Positions 18,037 through 26,269 of a stretch of DNA of 64,000 nucleotides are shown here, piece after piece. The DNA lies in sequence record NC_049849.1; one strand, 5' to 3'. The notes under the pieces are model-generated. The model worked only from the letters and a program-made list of their open reading frames with translations. It was not told where the DNA came from and ran no database searches. A program made the position numbers and the translations under genes. Position 1 is the first letter of the stretch. The number at the start of each line of letters is the position of its first letter.

Positions 18037-19317
18037 ATGTGTGGCATCATCCTCGCAGCCGGTCCCAAGTATCTGTCCGGCGGATACATGAGCACTCAAC
18101 TGAGCCATCGTGGTCCTGACGCAGACACCGCAGGCGTGAACGGCAACGTATTCATTGCGCATCGTCGCTTGGCTATCGTTGACACTACATCGCTGAATGC
18201 TCAACAGCCACGATTTAAAGCGCAGCAGTACGCTTGCGTTTTCAACGGCGAGCTTTTCAACTACAAGAAACTGACGTGTGGTTCCGAGATTGAGCTGATT
18301 TCGGAACTGCTGTATGCTGGGCACGATCTGAGTCAGATACTCAATGGCTACTACGCCGTCGCCATGCACGATATCTCCCGCAATCGCATCACCCTGGCTC
18401 GCGATATCTTTGGCGTCATGCCTTTGTTCTATGCGAAGTACGAGGGTTCCTTCTTTGTCGCGTCTGAGCGCAAGGCAATGTATGCGCTGGTTCCCGAAGA
18501 CAAGATCAAGCCGGTGCCTGCTAACACTCGCATCGACTACTGCTTGAAGACTCGAAAGCTCACGTTCACCAAGTACACGCAGCCTTGGACGTTCAATCTG
18601 CCGGGCGTCATCTACGGCCCGTACGAAAGCCACACGGCTCAAGTCTTTCTCAATGCAGTGCGCGAAGTTGCACAGCATAGCGATAACGGATTCTCGGTTG
18701 CTCTATCCGGCGGCCTGGATTCGTCGTTGGTTCTGGCAGCGTGCCGTGGCTTGGGTCTGACGCCCACCGCGATTCTCACGACGTACATTGCAGAGACCGA
18801 AACCGAAGAAATGCGCAGCGCCAAGGCTCTGGTCAAGCACTTCAAGTGGGAGCATCTGCATAAGCTCATCAAACTCGAAGAGCCCGACTACGACCTGCGA
18901 CACTGGATCGAAACGCCGCCGAATCCGATTCGTGATTTTGCGTATCGTCGTCATGCTGCAGTTGCCAAGCACAGTCCGAGCAAAGTGATCCTGTGCGGTG
19001 AAGGTGCTGATGAGCTAGGCCTCGGCTATCCTCTAAATGGCGAGTTCAATACCCCGCTCGCACGATACATGAAGAAGGTTTCGCTGTTGAAGTCTCAAGC
19101 TACAATGACGCTCGATCGCGTTAACACGGCTGGTATGCAGTACTCGAAAGAATATCGCGTGCCGTTCCTACATATCCCATTTGTGCAGCACGCGTTGACT
19201 GTCGACCAAGTCGGCAAGACGCACTTCCGCAAGATGGCAACGTATCTTGGGATTCCTGACGGCATCCTACCGAATAACAAATACTCCGATGAAGAACGCA
19301 TCGGTCGAGCCCAATGA
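18037..19317 (+). CDS. asparagine synthetase B-like glutamine amidotransferase
   Basis: N-terminal Ntn nucleophile MCGI, HRGPD, HRRLAIVD, FNGELFN, ARDIFG; PP-loop SGGLDSS; GEGADEL. Confidence 0.85.
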   Translation: MCGIILAAGPKYLSGGYMSTQLSHRGPDADTAGVNGNVFIAHRRLAIVDTTSLNAQQPRFKAQQYACVFNGELFNYKKLTCGSEIELISELLYAGHDLSQILNGYYAVAMHDISRNRITLARDIFGVMPLFYAKYEGSFFVASERKAMYALVPEDKIKPVPANTRIDYCLKTRKLTFTKYTQPWTFNLPGVIYGPYESHTAQVFLNAVREVAQHSDNGFSVALSGGLDSSLVLAACRGLGLTPTAILTTYIAETETEEMRSAKALVKHFKWEHLHKLIKLEEPDYDLRHWIETPPNPIRDFAYRRHAAVAKHSPSKVILCGEGADELGLGYPLNGEFNTPLARYMKKVSLLKSQATMTLDRVNTAGMQYSKEYRVPFLHIPFVQHALTVDQVGKTHFRKMATYLGIPDGILPNNKYSDEERIGRAQ

Positions 19318-20735
19318 AAAACAAGAAACAAGTAGCGACTGTCGAGCATGTTGGCTACGACTTGATGCCCGCCGCTGTAGACTTCTTTGATACTTTTGAG
19401 AGTGTCGGAGTCAAGTACGGCAACAACAAGCAGAGCAAGTGGTGGACTCGCGATCTGCGCGATGGTGTCCATGTCTTCTATCTGCCGGATCGTACGCTCT
19501 ACCGTGGACGTGCCGGAGCGACTCAGTCGTGCATTGCCAGTGTTGAAGTCGATGAGTTCCTTGAGTACTCGTTGCTGAGCAATCCCGAGCTGTACTCTAG
19601 CTGGGGCCTGCGCTACGCAATGATTAGCCCGCCACATATGGGGTTCAAGCCGGCTCCGGTACGCAATCCGCATATCCGTTTGTTCGCGGACTCGGGTGGC
19701 TTCCAGATTCGCCAAGGCGTCACCGACTTCATTGATCCCAATACTCTGGTCGACTTCTACAACAAGACGACTGACATTGGTATCGGCCTTGACGTTCCTA
19801 TGCACCCGTTGCTGTATCCGAAGATGCTGCAGCGCATGGCGCATGTTACCTGCATGAACGGCGAGTACATCAAGAAGCAACTGAACCCTGGCGTCATGCT
19901 GTACGATCTGAACCACGGCATGGACTTGGTCGACCGCAAGGCTTTCCTCGACGTGACCGAAAAGTACGAGCCGCTCGATGGTATCTCGCTGGCTGGTACG
20001 TCGAGCAATGCGCGTGGTGAGTACGGCGTGTCTGCGCACATCGTTAACGGCGTGGTTGGTATCGCATATGTCCTGGCTCGTTCTGCCAAGCGTTATCGCA
20101 CGGCTCACATCCTGGGCACCACGACTCCGTTCTATATGTTCGTGTTCAACGTCATGACTCGCGGCAAGTTCTTTCCGCATATCACATCTGATAGTTCGAC
20201 GTACGCGCAAGCGGCAATCATGAATACGCACTTGATGGGCATCCCCGGCATCAACATGCTGCGACGGAATCCGATGCCGAAGACTGATCTGTCGACTCTG
20301 CCATGCAGCTGCCCTATCTGCCACATGACGAAGTACACGCAGTCGTACGTAATCAACAATCGGTCAAACATGATTCACAGCATCTGGTACTACGTTCAGA
20401 TGATGCGCTACACGGAGCACTTGGCTGACGAGTTCCTGGCAGGCCGTACCAAGGACTTGGAAATCCTGAAGGTGCTCGGACCCTCGACGTTTAGCCCTGT
20501 CCACATGAAGGGTACGATGCGATTCCTACGCGACCTGATCGAGCACGGCTACAACAAGGCTTATGCGAACAGCAAGGACTTCATTCACTCGATGCTGGGT
20601 AAGAAGACCACGACCAATCTCTTTGGTGGCGAGCGTTCGGCTGGAGTCTTACACGGTGATGCCGAACGTACGGACCGCATTCTCACCAGCTACGAAACGT
20701 ACCATAAGAAGACCGGAGTGAAGAAGCGCAAATGA
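19314..20735 (+). CDS. TGT/DpdA-family guanine transglycosylase
   Basis: ADSGGFQ, LDVP, HILG, SDSSTY (nucleophilic Asp), zinc site CSCPIC...H; lies inside the Que cluster. Confidence 0.8.
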   Translation: MKNKKQVATVEHVGYDLMPAAVDFFDTFESVGVKYGNNKQSKWWTRDLRDGVHVFYLPDRTLYRGRAGATQSCIASVEVDEFLEYSLLSNPELYSSWGLRYAMISPPHMGFKPAPVRNPHIRLFADSGGFQIRQGVTDFIDPNTLVDFYNKTTDIGIGLDVPMHPLLYPKMLQRMAHVTCMNGEYIKKQLNPGVMLYDLNHGMDLVDRKAFLDVTEKYEPLDGISLAGTSSNARGEYGVSAHIVNGVVGIAYVLARSAKRYRTAHILGTTTPFYMFVFNVMTRGKFFPHITSDSSTYAQAAIMNTHLMGIPGINMLRRNPMPKTDLSTLPCSCPICHMTKYTQSYVINNRSNMIHSIWYYVQMMRYTEHLADEFLAGRTKDLEILKVLGPSTFSPVHMKGTMRFLRDLIEHGYNKAYANSKDFIHSMLGKKTTTNLFGGERSAGVLHGDAERTDRILTSYETYHKKTGVKKRK

Positions 20736-21337
20736 AAGTAGAAATCAAAACGTTTGAAAACGTGTGGGGCTGCGCTGTATTCAACGCCGAGCTGCATCGG
20801 AAGATGAAGCATCATCATTTGGTGGTCGGCGTCGATACGCTATTCAGTTCCAAATACAAGCCGGTCAAAGGCAAGACCACAATCGTCATCGACAACTTTG
20901 CACGTCTGCGCAGTAGCGGCGTTCCTATCATCGGGTACGAAAAGTCTCCGACGCAGACCTGGGTGAAAGTTAAAGCTAGCTGGAAGAAGCCGAAGCCCAA
21001 CAAGCCCGAGATTAAGAAGCCGGTGTATCTGGCAGGCGAACTCAAGGTGCTGCTCCCTACGGTTCCGCTGATGCTCGAGTATCAAGCCGCCGTGACCTTG
21101 GAGCAGATGGAAGCTCTGGCCGAGAAGTACAGAGCTGAAATCGACAAGCCTAAGAAAGGCTCACACAAGTGGTTGCGTCGTTCGGTCAACAGCACGCTCA
21201 AGGTCCTGGCGCCTGAGAAGTATGACCCCAAGTTTAAAGAGAAGGCCGCAGCTGCTCCTAAGTCCAAGCTTGGTGCCAAGGCGAAGAAAGCGAAAGACGT
21301 AAATACAGAAGTCGCTAAGAGGAAGGGCAAGAAATGA
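20732..21337 (+). CDS. hypothetical Lys-rich protein within the Que cluster
   Basis: Coupled ATGA overlaps on both sides. Confidence 0.6.
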   Translation: MKVEIKTFENVWGCAVFNAELHRKMKHHHLVVGVDTLFSSKYKPVKGKTTIVIDNFARLRSSGVPIIGYEKSPTQTWVKVKASWKKPKPNKPEIKKPVYLAGELKVLLPTVPLMLEYQAAVTLEQMEALAEKYRAEIDKPKKGSHKWLRRSVNSTLKVLAPEKYDPKFKEKAAAAPKSKLGAKAKKAKDVNTEVAKRKGKK

Positions 21338-22182
21338 AAGACGTGATTGTCATTCAAAACGTCGACCGAGTAATTCGACCTAAGGACTATGAAACCCTCG
21401 GCGAGAAGATTCGAGTAACGTCGATCTTCCGTACGATTCAAGGCGAAGGTCCGTATACCGGATATCCTTCGGTCTTCGTTCGACTGTCGGGCTGCAACTT
21501 CGGTAACAAGGCAGAGGACTCCGCGTGCCGTTGGTGTGATACAGCCTTCCAGTTCGATCAAGGCTATGATTACACGGCAGAAGAACTCCTGGCTGCAGTG
21601 CAGAATCAGCCTGACTTCCACGCCTCTGACGTTGTAGTCATCACTGGTGGTGAGCCGACGCTGCAACACAATCTGCTGAAGTTCATGAAGCTGTGCCATG
21701 AGAACGACCTGTCTATGCAGATTGAGACCAACGGCACACAGCCCTCGTTCTACCAGCAGATAGAAGAGCTTGATGAAGAAGGAACCCTGCCTTATACTTT
21801 TGTAGCGAAGGGTACAGGTGTCTTGCACGTCGTGAGTCCCAAAGCGATTTACAAGGCCGGCAAGATTCCGCAACCTAGTCAGCATGTCCTGAAGGCTACC
21901 GCGTGTCTCAAGTTCGTCGTGTCATCTGATCCTGAGAGCCCGCATCACGAAGTGCCCGAGTGGTCGCGTAGTGCCCGCAACAAGTTCCGAAGCATACCCG
22001 TGTATGTTTCGCCCATGGCCGTTTACAAGCGAGCGTACGCTGGTGAAGTCTCATCCATTTGGGACCGAGACCTCATCGACCAAGAGCGCACGGCAGCTAA
22101 CTACGCGTATGCTGCACAGTACGCGATGGCTAATGGTTTCCTGCTATCACTCCAAACTCACTTGTTCACGTCGATACCATGA
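21334..22182 (+). CDS. queE: 7-carboxy-7-deazaguanine synthase (radical SAM)
   Basis: IFRTIQGEG, VFVRLSGC, CX10CX2C cluster motif, VITGGEP, IETNGT, SPK, LSLQTH. Confidence 0.9.
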   Translation: MKDVIVIQNVDRVIRPKDYETLGEKIRVTSIFRTIQGEGPYTGYPSVFVRLSGCNFGNKAEDSACRWCDTAFQFDQGYDYTAEELLAAVQNQPDFHASDVVVITGGEPTLQHNLLKFMKLCHENDLSMQIETNGTQPSFYQQIEELDEEGTLPYTFVAKGTGVLHVVSPKAIYKAGKIPQPSQHVLKATACLKFVVSSDPESPHHEVPEWSRSARNKFRSIPVYVSPMAVYKRAYAGEVSSIWDRDLIDQERTAANYAYAAQYAMANGFLLSLQTHLFTSIP

Positions 22183-22538
22183 ACAACCCCAATCCCTCCG
22201 TTGACGATATATTGTACCTTCTTCGTCGTGGCATCAACGGCGAGGTTGCCGTCACTTACAAAGACTACCCCTTATTCAAGGGACCGAGCCAGTTCATAAC
22301 GTACTTCGGTAACTGCACTGTCGTGTTTTTCGATGACGGCGGCGGATGCCTGAAGTATGTAGAGAGCGCAAGCGACGCGCACGGCAACGTCGCTGTGTAC
22401 TCCGATTGGCACAACGCTTGGCTCGAAGCTAACAAAGACGAAGAAGACGATTGGTTCCGCGATCCCATCGAACTGCTGAGCGACGCTGAATACATTGAAC
22501 TGCTGGACGTGCTCCAGCGCGCAACAAAGAAGGACTGA
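22179..22538 (+). CDS. hypothetical protein
   Basis: Coupled 119-aa ORF. Confidence 0.55.
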   Translation: MNNPNPSVDDILYLLRRGINGEVAVTYKDYPLFKGPSQFITYFGNCTVVFFDDGGGCLKYVESASDAHGNVAVYSDWHNAWLEANKDEEDDWFRDPIELLSDAEYIELLDVLQRATKKD

Positions 22539-22540
22539 AC

Positions 22541-23200
22541 ATGACTTACACTACCGATCACAAGACTGGCCTCGACGTTCGAGCACATCTGATTGAGCAA
22601 GGCGTAGAGACGCCGTTCACTCCGAAGAAGATTGACCAGACGCGCTTGCAAGTTCTGTTTGCAGAGCTGCACCGCGAGGTCGGTCTCGACTTGGCAGACG
22701 ATTCGATCGCTGAGACTCCGCGCCGCCTGGCCAAGCTGTACTCCACGCAAGAGTACTTCCGCGGTCTCGACTACGCGAACTTCCCGAAGGCCACGGTCGT
22801 GGACAACAAGATGGGCTACGACGAAATGGTGGTTGAGCGCAACATCATCGTCAACAGCCTTTGTGAGCATCACTGGCTGCCCATCATTGGCGGCGCTTTC
22901 GTCGCGTACATTCCCGAGAAGAAAGTCATCGGTCTGTCGAAGCTCAATCGCCTCGTTGACTTCTTCTGCCGACGCCCGCAGATTCAAGAGCGCCTGGTAG
23001 AGCAAATCTATCACGCTCTGTCGTTCCTGCTGGAGACTAAGAACGTCGCAGTCGTGATTGAAGCAGAGCATATGTGCGTCAAGACGCGTGGCGTTGAAGA
23101 TGCGTGCTCTGACACCGTGACTTCGAAGCTCGGCGGCAAGTTCCGCGATCCCGCTCTGCGTGCTGAGTTCCTTACTCTTGCCAAAGGACTGCGTGGATGA
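22541..23200 (+). CDS. folE: GTP cyclohydrolase I
   Basis: ETPRRLAK, SLCEHHWLP, VIGLSKLNR, RRPQIQERL, EAEHMC. Confidence 0.95.
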   Translation: MTYTTDHKTGLDVRAHLIEQGVETPFTPKKIDQTRLQVLFAELHREVGLDLADDSIAETPRRLAKLYSTQEYFRGLDYANFPKATVVDNKMGYDEMVVERNIIVNSLCEHHWLPIIGGAFVAYIPEKKVIGLSKLNRLVDFFCRRPQIQERLVEQIYHALSFLLETKNVAVVIEAEHMCVKTRGVEDACSDTVTSKLGGKFRDPALRAEFLTLAKGLRG

Positions 23201-23442
23201 AACGCCGCGACGATTTAGATAAAGTAATCAAGACTCTTTGCGATGGAAACCGGAGATTCAGTTTCGCGTTCACTCGCAACGTTGCGCAGATTCGCGCAGG
23301 TCTTGATCTTGCAGAGGACAAGCGCCCACGCCCGGTAACGGATGAAGAGCTGCTTAACTCGGTGCTTGAGCTATCACTCGAAGCCTCTGCCTATCTCGCC
23401 GCACAAGGCTTCGTCTATTACGAAGGACACAACAGTGACTGA
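23197..23442 (+). CDS. hypothetical protein
   Basis: Coupled 81-aa ORF. Confidence 0.45.
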   Translation: MKRRDDLDKVIKTLCDGNRRFSFAFTRNVAQIRAGLDLAEDKRPRPVTDEELLNSVLELSLEASAYLAAQGFVYYEGHNSD

Positions 23443-23582
23443 TGAAATGCGGGGCACGTTGCTCCTGTGGGTATCCAATCGTGGCCGGGTGAAACAGCCA
23501 GTGCCTAAACCAGTCGTCTCGGAAGCCCTGTGGCGCCTAGCTTTCAGCGGACAAAATTTAATAGTCCAAGGAGGTACACACG

Positions 23583-24002
23583 ATGCTAACATTCCCGCAA
23601 ATCATCAAGCGCACCACGAAAGATCGAATCGCCAGCGCAAAGTACGTAAAGATTCTCAAGACCAAGTCCGGCTATGACCAGCTAGGTCGGGGGTACATTG
23701 CAGCGCAAACCATGAGCACTCACGAGTTCGATTACTCGACGGGTAAGTGGTATCCTGCAAAGAACAAACCGATGTATCTGACCAAGGCAGTCTTCTTTGA
23801 CAACAAGCTGCACTGCCTTGTGTCTTGCAGCTGCCCTGACTTCCCCTATCGCTGGGAGTATGCACTGACGGCAAAAGACGCATCGGAGATTGAGTACTCT
23901 GACGGTTCTGCTCCGAACATCACCAACCCCACGCTCAGGCCCGGCGCCTGCAAGCATCTGGTTCGCTTGTATCTGCGTATTCAAAACAAGCTCAAGAAAT
24001 GA
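23583..24002 (+). CDS. SWIM zinc-finger protein
   Basis: GGAGG RBS; CSCPDF...CKH motif. Confidence 0.7.
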   Translation: MLTFPQIIKRTTKDRIASAKYVKILKTKSGYDQLGRGYIAAQTMSTHEFDYSTGKWYPAKNKPMYLTKAVFFDNKLHCLVSCSCPDFPYRWEYALTAKDASEIEYSDGSAPNITNPTLRPGACKHLVRLYLRIQNKLKK

Positions 24003-24289
24003 CAGTCGATATCAAAAACCTCAAAGCCGCTATCAAGGGACTACCCACTGAGCAGACGGACGTTAACCCGGTCGAGTCCGGTACGACTGTTCACGCGATG
24101 AAGCCTGACTACGAGCGCCACAACAATCCGCCTCAGGAGCAGCAGCGCAAGTCGTCGGTCAACATTGGGTGGATCACGGGCGGCATCAACACTGCACCGC
24201 AGCACAATGCCTCCCAGTATCTCGGCAACCTCACTGAAGCCGACAAGGCCCACCAACGCCTAGTCGAACACTTGAAGAACAAACAGTAA
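23999..24289 (+). CDS. hypothetical protein
   Basis: Coupled 96-aa ORF. Confidence 0.5.
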   Translation: MTVDIKNLKAAIKGLPTEQTDVNPVESGTTVHAMKPDYERHNNPPQEQQRKSSVNIGWITGGINTAPQHNASQYLGNLTEADKAHQRLVEHLKNKQ

Positions 24290-24290
24290 C

Positions 24291-25253
24291 ATGGCTAAGT
24301 ATCAGCACTCCGAAACATTCAGGGCACTGAAGTCTACCAAGGAAGAAATCGAAGGCAATCTCACCAGTGCACAGTATCTACAGACGCTGGACTACTTTCT
24401 GTGGAGTGCGCTGAATCCCATCGCGGCGGAGTGTCCTGATTTCTTCTACTCGATGATCGCCAAGTTCGTGAGTCTGCAAACGACGAAACCGAATACGAAG
24501 TTCACGAGTGGGGACAAGAAGCAGCTGCCGCTCATCTTGTTCAATGCCTTGATAAACAAGAACGCAGAGAAGCGATTCGAGTCTATTAAAAAGATGTATT
24601 GGAATCGCGGGCTACTCTTTGGTCTGATCCTGACCTTTCAGAAGCTGACCAACGAGTACCAAGCTCTGCACTCAGTCTTCAACGATGTTGACTTGACCAC
24701 TCGAGTCAATCGTATGCGTCAGATTGAGAAATCAGTCGGCGCGAAGAACCCAGCGTATCTCTACGCAACGATTCAGCAAGTGGCCTACTGGGACTCGAAG
24801 GCTCGCTGGTTCAAGTCGTTGATCGTACAGAAGTTCACGCGTATGGCGATGCTGCAAGCACAGCAGACCTACAAGGACTTCGACCACAAGGTTCCGCTGG
24901 ATGATGTATCACACGTCTACATGATGGTAGTCAACAAAGCCATTGATCGCTGTAACTCCAACATGGGAGTGATCACGACCTTTGTTCAGAATTGGTTGCC
25001 TACGGCTCGAGCAATCGTGCAGCAGATGGCATCCAAGTCTACCGATGAGTCATGGGACGAGCTGGCAGAAACCCTGGGTGACAGTTTAGAGCTCGGTGCT
25101 ACAATGCCGAACACTGACTCTGAAACCCTGCAGCAAATCTCTTACCTCGCACGACTGGCCGATCCACAAGGCTTGGTGCGTACCCACTTGCAAATCCCTC
25201 AATGGGTAGCGGCCAAATACCGCGCCCGCCTTCTCAATCTTGCTAAAGAGTAA
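24291..25253 (+). CDS. divergent sigma70-family factor (RpoD-like non-conserved region + region 2, no region 4)
   Basis: RMRQIEKSVG...KARWFKSLIVQKFTRMAMLQA...LDDV...NKAIDR...MGVITTFVQNWL aligns by eye with RpoD KLQQIEEETG...KARRAKKEMVEANLRLVISIA...LDLI...MKAVDKF...GYKFSTYATWWI. Confidence 0.6.
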   Translation: MAKYQHSETFRALKSTKEEIEGNLTSAQYLQTLDYFLWSALNPIAAECPDFFYSMIAKFVSLQTTKPNTKFTSGDKKQLPLILFNALINKNAEKRFESIKKMYWNRGLLFGLILTFQKLTNEYQALHSVFNDVDLTTRVNRMRQIEKSVGAKNPAYLYATIQQVAYWDSKARWFKSLIVQKFTRMAMLQAQQTYKDFDHKVPLDDVSHVYMMVVNKAIDRCNSNMGVITTFVQNWLPTARAIVQQMASKSTDESWDELAETLGDSLELGATMPNTDSETLQQISYLARLADPQGLVRTHLQIPQWVAAKYRARLLNLAKE

Positions 25254-25254
25254 A

Positions 25255-25983
25255 ATGAAAAACATTCGTGAACTGTTGGCCCTGCAGTACGCTACCAATG
25301 ACAAGCTGGCCCCTGGCTGGCTCGAACGCTCGGACGTGGACTTCTATTCCGCGATCCGCGATGAAGCAGGTGAACTAGCTGTCTCCGCAGGTTGGAAGCC
25401 GTGGTGGTCGAAGGCTGAGTCGAAGCTGGACCGCGACAACTGCAAGGTCGAAGTCGTTGACCTGCTGCACTTCCATATGTCGGCAGTGCTGCGTGAATGC
25501 TTCGAGCAGGAAGGCGACGAGCTGGAAGACCTGAGCGATGAAGCGCTGAAGCGTGAACTCATCGAGTCGGCCGCCGACAATTTCGAGTACGCCAACTACT
25601 CGAGCATCAACCCGGATCGTACGGACGTTCAGGCTGTCAATGACTACCTGGGTGACGTGCTGTGCATGGGCGCTATCTCTTCGGTCCCTCAGTTGATGGC
25701 TCTGGCTGAACGCTTTGGCATGATTGAGGCTGAGTTCGGTCTGCGCTACATCGCAAAGAATGCACTCAACAACTTCCGCAAGGCTCACAACTACAAGGGC
25801 GATATCGAAGGCATGCCTGCGTATCGCAAGATGTGGTTCGACGGCCAACAGGAAGACAACTACTACGTGACCGCGTATCTGAACAAGCAAGTCGAGAACG
25901 GTAAGACTCCGACCTATCAGCAGTTCTATGACGCAATGGAAGCCATGTATGTCGGAAATTACGACCCTACTCAATTTGCTTGA
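25255..25983 (+). CDS. dimeric (all-alpha) dUTPase
   Basis: AIRDEAGEL, WKPWW, VEVVDLLHF, YIAKNALNNFR. Confidence 0.8.
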   Translation: MKNIRELLALQYATNDKLAPGWLERSDVDFYSAIRDEAGELAVSAGWKPWWSKAESKLDRDNCKVEVVDLLHFHMSAVLRECFEQEGDELEDLSDEALKRELIESAADNFEYANYSSINPDRTDVQAVNDYLGDVLCMGAISSVPQLMALAERFGMIEAEFGLRYIAKNALNNFRKAHNYKGDIEGMPAYRKMWFDGQQEDNYYVTAYLNKQVENGKTPTYQQFYDAMEAMYVGNYDPTQFA

Positions 25984-26269
25984 TCGGCAAGTCAACACTG
26001 ACTACGTTGAAGGCCTTGAGCGCGCAGTCCAGACCAGCGATGCAATCAGGGCTGCTGTAGCCGACGGCTTAGACGTTGCGCAAGTCATGACTCAACACCT
26101 CGCGCGGCACACGCAGCACAAGGCGCAGAGTCTGCAAGCTGTTATTGAGACAACCCTGCTTGCACTCCAAGCACTGCAGGGTCTTGATGACTCGAATCAG
26201 AAAATCGTAAATAAGATCGTCGATGCACTAACGACTTCTATTGGTGCATCCAAACTGAGGAATAACTAA
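25949..26269 (+). CDS. hypothetical protein
   Basis: Helical 106-aa ORF; start refined. Confidence 0.5.
   Translation: MSEITTLLNLLDRQVNTDYVEGLERAVQTSDAIRAAVADGLDVAQVMTQHLARHTQHKAQSLQAVIETTLLALQALQGLDDSNQKIVNKIVDALTTSIGASKLRNN
26205..26213 (+). promoter_or_regulatory. TCGTAAATA motif upstream of the SSB gene
   Basis: Exact motif about 57 nt before ATG 26270. Confidence 0.55.
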
